Position numbers and translations under genes: made by a program
Notes under the pieces: generated by a model
What the model was told of the DNA's origin: nothing
Seen by the model: only the letters and a program-made list of their open reading frames with translations
Databases searched by the model: none
Assembly (NCBI GenBank): GCA_963787465.1
Contig: CAWBDD010000025.1
Span: 4,306 to 68,305, forward strand
Direction: 5' to 3'
Source: an uncultured Thermoplasmata archaeon
GTDB taxonomy: Archaea; Thermoplasmatota; Thermoplasmata; UBA10834
Length of the DNA: 64,000 nucleotides
In this document: positions 7,421 to 15,286 of the stretch, in pieces
Numbering within the stretch: the stretch's first letter is position 1
Layout: each line of letters opens with the position of its first letter

Positions 7421-9577
7421 TCACGGGACGGGCTGCTGGAGCGGCTGGGAGATCTGCTCCGGCTTGTAGACCTCGACTATGACCTTGCCGGCCTTCCAGA
7501 GGGTCGTGATGTAGTACTGGTACTCGCCCGGCTTGTGGAACGTGCAGCTCCAGTAGTCGCCCGGGGCGATCAGCATGCCGCTCTGGAAGACGCCGTCGTG
7601 GCGCTCCTGCCCGTCGCCGAACGTGCCGCTCCTGACGGCGACCCCGGGCGGCGGCGCCCACGTCCTGTTGATCCACACGACCTTGGTCCCCTCGACGATG
7701 CGGAGGGTCGGGGGCACCGGTCCCATGTTGGTGATGTCGATGTACGCCTCGAACCTCGGGGGAGGCGGCGGTGGCGGAGGCACGTGGTGCGCGCCCTGGA
7801 CGCCCTGGAGGTTGCCCAGCGTCTGCATCTGGAGCTGGCGCTGCCTCGCGGCGGCCGCTGCGGCCTTGCGGTTGCTGGACCTGGTGGCCGCGACGAGGAC
7901 CACGATCACGATGAATATCGAGAGTATTATGATGAAGAGCTCCAGCCCGATGTCCTCCAGGATGAAGTCCTGGACCTGCTCGATGAACTGCAGGAGGAAG
8001 TTGTCCGCGGGCGCCTCCTCGACGGAGACCTCCACCAGCTCGGACACATAGTCGGCGTCGTCCACCTGGGCATAGGCCCTGAGGTACATCGTCCCGTTCG
8101 ATGACGGGGACTCGATCCCGTCGAAGGTGAATGTCGACCAGGTCGTCCCGGTGAAGACCGTGGATATCTGGTCGAGCCCGCTCGGGGACGCACCCCATGC
8201 GATGTATGTCTCCTGGATCGTCCCTGGCTCGCCCCCGCTGACGACCCATGTGACCGAGAACGTCGAGTTGGGGTCGACGGTCTCAGGGAAGCTGGTGATC
8301 GTGACAGTCGGGTCGGAGACCTCCTCGACCGCGCCGAAAGCGTTGACGAGGCCCCAGCCGGTGACGGTGTCGTAGCCCGTGACGCCGATGTCCGTGGCCG
8401 TGCCGTTGAGCGCTGCCCCGACGTCCTCGGGGCTGAGCGCGGGGTTCATCGAGAGCATCAGGGCGACCACCCCCGCGACGTGCGGCGCGGCGGTCGACGT
8501 GCCCGAGAGGAGCTGGTACCCGCCGCCGCCCTGCGTCGAGTATATGTTGACGCCGGGGGCCACGAGGTCCAGGTTCGTCCCGTAGTTGCTGAAGCTGGCG
8601 CGCCGGTCCATGCTGTCCGTCGCTCCGACGGAGATCACAGCTGGGAACGCCGCCGGATAGCTGATCGTCGACTCGCCGCTGTTCCCTGACGCAGCTACCA
8701 TCACGACCCCGTGGTCGGATGCGTAGTCGACCGCGTTCGAGAGGGCGATGGATATGCCCTCCACTCCGAGGCTCATCGTGACGATGTCCGCGCCATTGTC
8801 CACGGCCCACCTCAGGCCGGCCGAGACCGTCGCGTCCGTGCCCTCGCCGGACTCGTTCATGACCTTCACGGCCATGAGCCTGACCTGGGCGAGCCCGGCC
8901 ATGCCCTCGGCGTTGTCCGCGACGGCACCCGCGACCCCGGCGACGTGCGTGCCGTGGTACGTGTAGACGTCCGAGACGAAGTTCCCGTCGTTGTCGTACC
9001 CGTCGACGTTGTCGTCCATCGGGTACCAGTTGTCATCGATGAAGTTGTATCCGTGATAGCCGTCGTCGTTGGACCACATGTTGTCGGCCAGGTCCGGGTG
9101 GTTCCAGTCGATCCCCGTGTCGAGCACGGCGACGACCACGTCCTCGGCCCCGGTCGTGATGTCCCAGGCCTCGAACGCGTCTATGTGCGAGAGGGCCCAC
9201 TGGTCATCGATGTCGGTGTCGTCCGGCGTGAGCGTTATCCGCGCATCGGACCCAGATGATACGCTGACGACCCCTGGAAGGAGGGAGAGTGCGCCCGCGA
9301 GCCCTGACACATCCGGCCCGGCGACGAGGGACACTATCCCCGTCGATTCGCTTGCGAACTCGACCTCGGAACCGAAGTCGCCCGCCAGTCCGACGACCGA
9401 CCAGAACGCCTCGGATGAGGATGTCTCCACGGTCAGGGTACCGGAGCCCTGGTCCAGGTGGACGTCGGCCGCGGATGCTGCCTGCCCACCGGCGGGCAAG
9501 CCCGCACTGGGTTGGGACATGCACACGAACAGGAAGACTGTGACCAGAACGATCGAATAGGGCGCAGAGCCGCGCAT
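7421..9577 (-). CDS. S8 subtilisin-like serine protease with TM anchor and C-terminal cupredoxin-like domain
   Basis: Catalytic triad motifs VLDTG, HGTHVAG and GTSTAAPHVAG; signal peptide; TM helix near the C-terminus. Confidence 0.93.
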   Translation of the reverse strand: MRGSAPYSIVLVTVFLFVCMSQPSAGLPAGGQAASAADVHLDQGSGTLTVETSSSEAFWSVVGLAGDFGSEVEFASESTGIVSLVAGPDVSGLAGALSLLPGVVSVSSGSDARITLTPDDTDIDDQWALSHIDAFEAWDITTGAEDVVVAVLDTGIDWNHPDLADNMWSNDDGYHGYNFIDDNWYPMDDNVDGYDNDGNFVSDVYTYHGTHVAGVAGAVADNAEGMAGLAQVRLMAVKVMNESGEGTDATVSAGLRWAVDNGADIVTMSLGVEGISIALSNAVDYASDHGVVMVAASGNSGESTISYPAAFPAVISVGATDSMDRRASFSNYGTNLDLVAPGVNIYSTQGGGGYQLLSGTSTAAPHVAGVVALMLSMNPALSPEDVGAALNGTATDIGVTGYDTVTGWGLVNAFGAVEEVSDPTVTITSFPETVDPNSTFSVTWVVSGGEPGTIQETYIAWGASPSGLDQISTVFTGTTWSTFTFDGIESPSSNGTMYLRAYAQVDDADYVSELVEVSVEEAPADNFLLQFIEQVQDFILEDIGLELFIIILSIFIVIVVLVAATRSSNRKAAAAAARQRQLQMQTLGNLQGVQGAHHVPPPPPPPPRFEAYIDITNMGPVPPTLRIVEGTKVVWINRTWAPPPGVAVRSGTFGDGQERHDGVFQSGMLIAPGDYWSCTFHKPGEYQYYITTLWKAGKVIVEVYKPEQISQPLQQPVP

Positions 9578-9788
9578 GCTGAACCTCTCGAACCTCTCCG
9601 ACGACTGCGTCCCAGACGGACCGCGGACATGCCTCAGGCAGTCGGGACCGTCATGACCTAGCTTCTAGAGGCGATAAATAGCTTGCCCCACCGTTATCCG
9701 AAGTGATATCCCGGTGCCAGCACGCCTGGCCATGGCACCCGACCGCTCGCAATAGCTTGAATTACCCGCCAAGCATCTCCAGGACCAG

Positions 9789-10583
9789 ATGGATGTCGTA
9801 GAAGCCCTCGTCCTCGGGATCGTCCAGGGCCTCACTGAATGGCTGCCCGTGTCGAGCTCCGGCCATCTCGTCATAGCGCAGGAGATGCTCGGGCTGCGGG
9901 CGGATGAGAACCTGCTCTTCGACCTCGTGGTCCACCTCGGGACGGTGCTGGCGGTCTGCGTCTACTTCAGGAAGGAGATAGCGGCCATCCTGAAGGCCCT
10001 CGCGACGCCCAGGTCGAAGAGGGGCGTGAGGGAGGAGGCGCTCAGGACCCTCGGACTGCTGGCACTGTTGGCCATGGTCCCTGCCTCGGTCGTGGGCATC
10101 GTGCTGACCGATTACATCGACGACGTGTTCACGCTCCCGATGGTGGGGGCGGCCCTGCTTGCGAACGCGGCGCTGCTCTTCACCGCGGAGAGGGCGGGGC
10201 GCAAGGGCACCAAGAAGGCGGCCGGGACCCTGGACGCCGTCGTCATCGGCATCTTCCAGGCGGTCGCCATACTGCCAGGCGTCTCCAGGAGCGGGTCGAC
10301 CATCTCCGGCGGGATGTTCAGGGGGCTCGAGCGGGAGGCCGCGGCCACATTCGCGTTCCTCGCGTCCGTGCCCCTCCTGCTCGGTGCGGCCGCCTACGGG
10401 TTCACGACCCTCGACACGGTCGACTTCGACGCGGTCAAGATGCTCGTCGGCGCGGGTGCGGCGTTCCTGGTCGGGATGATATCGATAGACTACCTGCTCA
10501 AGGCGGTCAAGACCAGCAGGCTCTGGATGTTCTCGGTCTACTGCGCGGCGCTTGGCGCGGCGGTGCTGCTCCTGACGGCCTGA
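9789..10583 (+). CDS. uppP: Undecaprenyl-diphosphate phosphatase (BacA/UppP family)
   Basis: Motifs QGLTEWLPVSSSGH and PGVSRSGSTI. Confidence 0.95.
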   Translation: MDVVEALVLGIVQGLTEWLPVSSSGHLVIAQEMLGLRADENLLFDLVVHLGTVLAVCVYFRKEIAAILKALATPRSKRGVREEALRTLGLLALLAMVPASVVGIVLTDYIDDVFTLPMVGAALLANAALLFTAERAGRKGTKKAAGTLDAVVIGIFQAVAILPGVSRSGSTISGGMFRGLEREAAATFAFLASVPLLLGAAAYGFTTLDTVDFDAVKMLVGAGAAFLVGMISIDYLLKAVKTSRLWMFSVYCAALGAAVLLLTA

Positions 10584-10590
10584 AGGGACC

Positions 10591-11325
10591 TCAGTCCTCG
10601 GTCTCGAGGGCCTTCTCGATCTCGAGGGCGGTCTTGATCTTCACGTCCTCGTCCTGCTTGCGCTTCCGCCTCTGCCGCGGGATCATCGCGAGGATGATGG
10701 CCACGACGACGACCGATGCGACGACGAGGAACGGCCAGTACGCCTCGAGTATGCCAGAGGGGGCGGCGTCGTGGACCTCCGGGTCGGTCCCGGCCACGTA
10801 CTCCTCGATGTTGGTGTACCCATCCTCGTCCAGGTCGCCCTGGTCGTCCTCGTCCAGGTCCCTGAAGTAGTAGTCCTCCCACCAGTCGGGGAGCTCGTCG
10901 AAGTCGGAGTCCAGGATGGCGTACACCGCCGTGAAGTCCACGTCCGAGTTGTTCCCGCCATCGGTGACGGTGAGCTTGATCGTGTACAGGCCCAGCTCCG
11001 CGAACTTGAACATGAACAGCTCGGCGTACTCGTAGACGACTACTCCGCCGTGCTCGATCTCCCAGGTGTGGTTGAGGATGATGCCCGACGGATCGCTCGA
11101 TTCGTTGCCGTTGACGGTCACCCATGTGCCGTTCGAGACCTGCTCCGGCAGGGACGTTATGTTCGCTATCGGGGGAGTGGTGTCTGCCATGATGGTCGCC
11201 CTGACGGGCTGCGCATCCGGGGTATCGGATGCCTGAAAGGCGAACGATGCCGACGACAGCGCGCACAGCGAGGCGAACACGGACAATATCGACACGAGAC
11301 GACAGGATGCTATGATGTTCTTCAC
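10591..11325 (-). CDS. Surface protein with PKD domain, Ca-binding DxDxD repeats and C-terminal TM anchor
   Basis: PKD-like SSDPSG...YTIKLTVTD; DSDFDELPDWWE and DLDEDGYTNIEEY..GTDP; TM helix followed by RRKRK. Confidence 0.8.
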   Translation of the reverse strand: MKNIIASCRLVSILSVFASLCALSSASFAFQASDTPDAQPVRATIMADTTPPIANITSLPEQVSNGTWVTVNGNESSDPSGIILNHTWEIEHGGVVVYEYAELFMFKFAELGLYTIKLTVTDGGNNSDVDFTAVYAILDSDFDELPDWWEDYYFRDLDEDDQGDLDEDGYTNIEEYVAGTDPEVHDAAPSGILEAYWPFLVVASVVVVAIILAMIPRQRRKRKQDEDVKIKTALEIEKALETED

Positions 11326-11511
11326 AGAGATGCCCTATCCGCTGAGACGACGGACCACCTAACATGTGGCCGGATGCTCTCCCTGCAGTATCGGAATCGA
11401 TACGATTTAACAGTTTCCGACACGACGGGACTATCGTTCTCACAAAGAAAACACGGACAACCGAAAGTACTTATTTCGACACCACGCATTCACACTCAGG
11501 TTCTGACGCCG

Positions 11512-12375
11512 ATGCCCAAGGAAGCCATGAAGCTATTCGGATGTCCCATATGCGGGTTCAGGGTATCCGGGGCCGAGGAGGCCTGCCCCAGATGCGGGAC
11601 CAAGTACGGCTCGGACACGAAGTTCGAGTGCCCGTTCTGCGGGGACCACGTCCCACGGGGCGCCAAGTCGTGCCCTTCATGCCACGTCATATTCAAGGAG
11701 TTCCACAAAGAGACCAAGAAGACCGTCAGCGAGCAGAGCATCGACGAGCTCCTCATGGAGATCATCGAGCTCGAGGCGCACCAGGTCAACAAGGAGGAGA
11801 AGAAGTACAGCTGCCCCCGGTGCTCCTGGATGCTCGACGGCACCGAGGACCGGTGCCCCAAGTGCGGCGCCGGCTTCGTCGACGAGGTCAGCTACCAATG
11901 CCCGATATGCGCGGCGACCGTACCCGAGGACTCCGACAGGTGCGCCGAGTGCGGGACGAGCTTCGCCGAGGACCAACCGGCCCTTCCATCGACCGAGCCG
12001 GAGACGGCGGCGCCGGCCCAGGTCTTCGACCCCGAGGAGTACCTTGGTGCGCCGAAGCCCATGGTCCCAGAGACCGTAGAAGAGGTCGCGCAACCCGAGC
12101 CAGCCCCCGTCGAGCAGCCGCCGGTGGTCGAGGAGCGTCCTCCGGAGCCGGTCGCAGAGCCAGAACCCGAGCCTCAGCCTACGCCCGAGCCGGTCCCTGA
12201 ACCGGTGGTGGAGACGCCGAAGGAGCCGGAGCCCGAACCGACCCCCGAGCCAGCCCCCGCGGCCGAGCCGCCCGCAGAGGAGCCGAAGGTCGAGGCCGAG
12301 GTGGAGAAGGCGACGCAGCCGCCGGCGCAGAGGAAGCTCAAGACGAGGAAGCTGAAGGCGAAGCCCCAGGAATGA
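11512..12375 (+). CDS. Multi zinc-ribbon protein with Pro/Glu-rich tail
   Basis: Eight CxxC motifs forming two double-zinc-ribbon pairs; PE-rich linker; basic C-terminus. Confidence 0.8.
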   Translation: MPKEAMKLFGCPICGFRVSGAEEACPRCGTKYGSDTKFECPFCGDHVPRGAKSCPSCHVIFKEFHKETKKTVSEQSIDELLMEIIELEAHQVNKEEKKYSCPRCSWMLDGTEDRCPKCGAGFVDEVSYQCPICAATVPEDSDRCAECGTSFAEDQPALPSTEPETAAPAQVFDPEEYLGAPKPMVPETVEEVAQPEPAPVEQPPVVEERPPEPVAEPEPEPQPTPEPVPEPVVETPKEPEPEPTPEPAPAAEPPAEEPKVEAEVEKATQPPAQRKLKTRKLKAKPQE

Positions 12376-12418
12376 GAGGCGAATTGATTATCTCCCATCC
12401 CACCGTTGACGGGGCCGC

Positions 12419-13141
12419 ATGATGTTCATCGATGCCAGAGAGGGCGTCTCCGGCGACATGTTGCTGGCCGCCATGCTCGGCATGCTGCCCGACCGCGAGA
12501 GGGCGGAGGCCGCAGCCGCCCTGACCCGAGCGTGCTCCAGGAGGGGCATCGAGATGAGCGTGTCCGAGGTCGAGGAGGACGGTGATCGCGGGCTCTCGAT
12601 CGCCTACGTATCGAGGTCTCCTGGGAGCGATGGTGCCTCGCGGGACGAGGCGTACGCGGCCCTCGCGGAGATCGAGGCCGAGGTCGGCTCGGGGTCCGCG
12701 GTCGGAAGGAGGATACTCGACACGATCATGGACGCGGAGGCGAAGGCGCACGGAGTCCCCGTGGACCAGGTCCACCTCCACGAGATCGCACGGCCGCAGG
12801 CGATGGTCAACATCGCCGGGATAGGGCTGGTCCACTCGCTCCTCGGACCCGAAGGGGGCGGCGGGTTCGTCTCCTCGACGATCACGACCGGGAGGGGGAT
12901 GGTGGTGGTCAGCCACGGGGCCGTGAGGATACCGGCGCCCGCGTGCAGGTTCCTTCTGGAGGGGATGAACCACACGCCCGGTGACAGCCCCGGCGAGAGG
13001 GCGACGCCAGTGGGCGTCGCGGCGGTCAAGGTGCTCGCGGGCTCCCAGGGAGAGGACGTCCCTGCCGGGAGACGGAGCGTCGGATTCGGGACGAAGCGGT
13101 TCGGCGGGAGGCTCGGAAGGGTCACGCTGGTCAGGGCCTGA
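12419..13141 (+). CDS. LarC/DUF111 family nickel-insertion protein, N-terminal domain only
   Basis: GVSGDMLLAA, EAKAHG...VHLHEI, SHG..RIPAPA, E.ATP.G and GFGTK motifs; only 240 aa. Confidence 0.8.
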   Translation: MMFIDAREGVSGDMLLAAMLGMLPDRERAEAAAALTRACSRRGIEMSVSEVEEDGDRGLSIAYVSRSPGSDGASRDEAYAALAEIEAEVGSGSAVGRRILDTIMDAEAKAHGVPVDQVHLHEIARPQAMVNIAGIGLVHSLLGPEGGGGFVSSTITTGRGMVVVSHGAVRIPAPACRFLLEGMNHTPGDSPGERATPVGVAAVKVLAGSQGEDVPAGRRSVGFGTKRFGGRLGRVTLVRA

Positions 13142-13258
13142 GGCATCGGACACCGTCCCCTGAACGCAAAGGCACAATGATTATCCCAGCAACGGCCCTA
13201 GGCGAATCCGTCAGGACGGCGCAGGCGACGGGTCCGGACGGGTGAGGAGGAGACCGAG

Positions 13259-13513
13259 ATGGCCGAGAAGCACCAGGGGTTCCCGCAGGCCAGCAGGACC
13301 CTCGACTGCATAGGGCTCTACTGCCCCGAACCGGTGTTCAGGACGAGGGAGGAGATCTCGTCGGTCGACGTCGGGCAGGTCCTCGAGGTCCTCGCCGACG
13401 ACCCCGCGTCGGAGTCTGACATACGCAGCTGGGCGAAGCACGCGGGCCACGAGCTGCTGTCGACCGAGAGGGTCGACGGCGGGCTCAGGTTCCTCGTGAG
13501 GCGCCTGGTGTGA
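13259..13513 (+). CDS. tusA: TusA/SirA family sulfur carrier
   Basis: LDCIGLYCPEP (CPxP motif) and LEVLADDP..ESDI. Confidence 0.92.
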   Translation: MAEKHQGFPQASRTLDCIGLYCPEPVFRTREEISSVDVGQVLEVLADDPASESDIRSWAKHAGHELLSTERVDGGLRFLVRRLV

Positions 13514-13526
13514 GGAGCACGAGACG

Positions 13527-13895
13527 ATGACGAAGAAGATACTCTATGTCCAGACCTCGGGGCCGGACGCGCCCGAGAGGCTCTATGCGCCCTTCGTCCT
13601 CGCGAGCACTGCGAGGGCGATGGGCATCGACGCGACCGTCTACTTCATCGCGAAGGGGATCCTCGGCGCCTTGAAGGGCGTCCCGGAGACGGTCAAGATG
13701 GGCAGCTTCCCGAGCCTCAAGGAGGTCATCGACCAGGCCTCGAAGGCAGGGGTCCAGATGATGGTCTGCGCCCAGAGCGCACAGCTCTGGGGGAAAAGGG
13801 CGCAGCCCGAGGAGTTCATCGAGGGGACGAAGGTCGTCGGCGCCGCGACCCTGAACGACCTCGCGCTGGAATACGACGCCGTGCTGACTTTCTGA
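13527..13895 (+). CDS. DsrE/DsrF family sulfur-relay protein
   Basis: DsrE-like pattern with a single Cys in VCAQS; ends ...VVGAATL...VLTF. Confidence 0.85.
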   Translation: MTKKILYVQTSGPDAPERLYAPFVLASTARAMGIDATVYFIAKGILGALKGVPETVKMGSFPSLKEVIDQASKAGVQMMVCAQSAQLWGKRAQPEEFIEGTKVVGAATLNDLALEYDAVLTF

Positions 13896-13908
13896 GGAGG
13901 TGTCCCCG

Positions 13909-15156
13909 ATGCAATCCCCCGGCAAGGCGAGAAGGGTCTACATGGACTACGGGGCGGCCTCCCCGGTCGACCCGAGGGTGGTCGACGCCATGCTCCCGTT
14001 CTTCACGGACGCTTTCGGCAACCCGTCGTCGCTCCATTCCTCCGGGAGGGAGCCCAAGAGGGCGGTCGACGACGCGAGGGCGAAGGTGGCGGCGCTGCTG
14101 AACGCCGGCAAGAGGGAGGAGGTCGTGTTCACGTCCGGTGGCACGGAGGCGAGCAACCTCGGCATCAAGGGCGTCGCCATGAGGCTCAGGAACGAGGGGG
14201 ACCACATCGTCACCTCGGCGATCGAGCACATCTCCGTGCTGAACATCATGAAGGCGCTCCAGAAGTCCGGGTTCGAGGTCACGCTCGTCCCCCCGACGAA
14301 GGAAGGCTTCGTCGACGTCGCCGCGCTGGAAGCGGCGGTGAGGAAGGGGACCGTGCTCGTCTCCGTCATGCTCGCGAACAACGAGATAGGCACCATACAG
14401 CCGATCGACGCGATCGGCAGGATGCTGGAGCAGAAGGACGTCTACTTCCACGTGGACGCCGTCGCGGCCGCTGGCAGGATACCGATCGATGTGCAGGCGT
14501 CGAAGGTGGACCTGATGTCCGTCTCGTCCAACGACATGTACGGCCCCAAGGGCGTCGGAGCGCTCTACGTCAGGGACGGCACCAGGATAGAGGCCGTCGG
14601 GCAGGGGGGCGGGCAGGAGCGCGGGCTGAGGTCCGGCTCCGAGAACGTCCCGGGCATAGTCGGCTTCGGGAGGGCCGCGGAGATCGCGAAGGCCGAGATG
14701 GCGTCGGAGGGCGAGAGGCTCACAGGGCTCAGGGACCGGCTGATATCGGGCATGTTGGGGGCGACCGATGATATCTTCCTCAACGGCCACCCGAGGACGC
14801 GGCTGCCGAACAACGCGAACTTCAGGTTCCGGTACGTCGAGGGCGAGTCGATGCTGCTCAACCTCGACATGGCGGGCATCTCCGTCTCGTCGAGCTCGCC
14901 CTGCACGTCGAAGAGCCTCCTCCCGTCGCACGTGCTGCTCGCATGCGATGTCCCGACGGAGGAGGCGCAGAGCGCGGTGCAGTTCACCCTCGGCCGCGGG
15001 AACACGGACGAGGACGTCGACTATGTCCTCGGGGTCGTGCCCGGGATCGTCAAGAAGCTGCGGGCGATGTCGCCCTTCAGCCCGGGGAACCTAGCGGAGA
15101 TGAGAGAGTCCGCGGGACACCGGGAGCGGGACCACCACCGCGATGCCCATATGTGA
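13909..15156 (+). CDS. iscS: IscS/NifS-like cysteine desulfurase homolog lacking the PLP lysine
   Basis: GNPSSLH, FTSGGTEASN, NNEIGTIQP and RSGSENV; Cys loop SSPCTS; SSNDMYGPKG in place of SxHKxxGPKG. Confidence 0.9.
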   Translation: MQSPGKARRVYMDYGAASPVDPRVVDAMLPFFTDAFGNPSSLHSSGREPKRAVDDARAKVAALLNAGKREEVVFTSGGTEASNLGIKGVAMRLRNEGDHIVTSAIEHISVLNIMKALQKSGFEVTLVPPTKEGFVDVAALEAAVRKGTVLVSVMLANNEIGTIQPIDAIGRMLEQKDVYFHVDAVAAAGRIPIDVQASKVDLMSVSSNDMYGPKGVGALYVRDGTRIEAVGQGGGQERGLRSGSENVPGIVGFGRAAEIAKAEMASEGERLTGLRDRLISGMLGATDDIFLNGHPRTRLPNNANFRFRYVEGESMLLNLDMAGISVSSSSPCTSKSLLPSHVLLACDVPTEEAQSAVQFTLGRGNTDEDVDYVLGVVPGIVKKLRAMSPFSPGNLAEMRESAGHRERDHHRDAHM

Positions 15157-15241
15157 GCGTCGTGCGCGTCCGCACGCGCACGTGCACCATATATAGCGAC
15201 GTGTGGGAAAACAGCACCAGTCAGGAGACTTTTTCACGAAA

Positions 15242-15251
15242 CTTATATATA
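15242..15251 (+). promoter_or_regulatory. TATA box upstream of the large surface protein
   Basis: CTTATATATA preceded by a purine-rich BRE-like GAAA, about 36 nt before the ATG at 15287. Confidence 0.65.
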
Positions 15252-15286
15252 TCGACCATCAAATAATGGCCTGGATGGGAAAGCCT

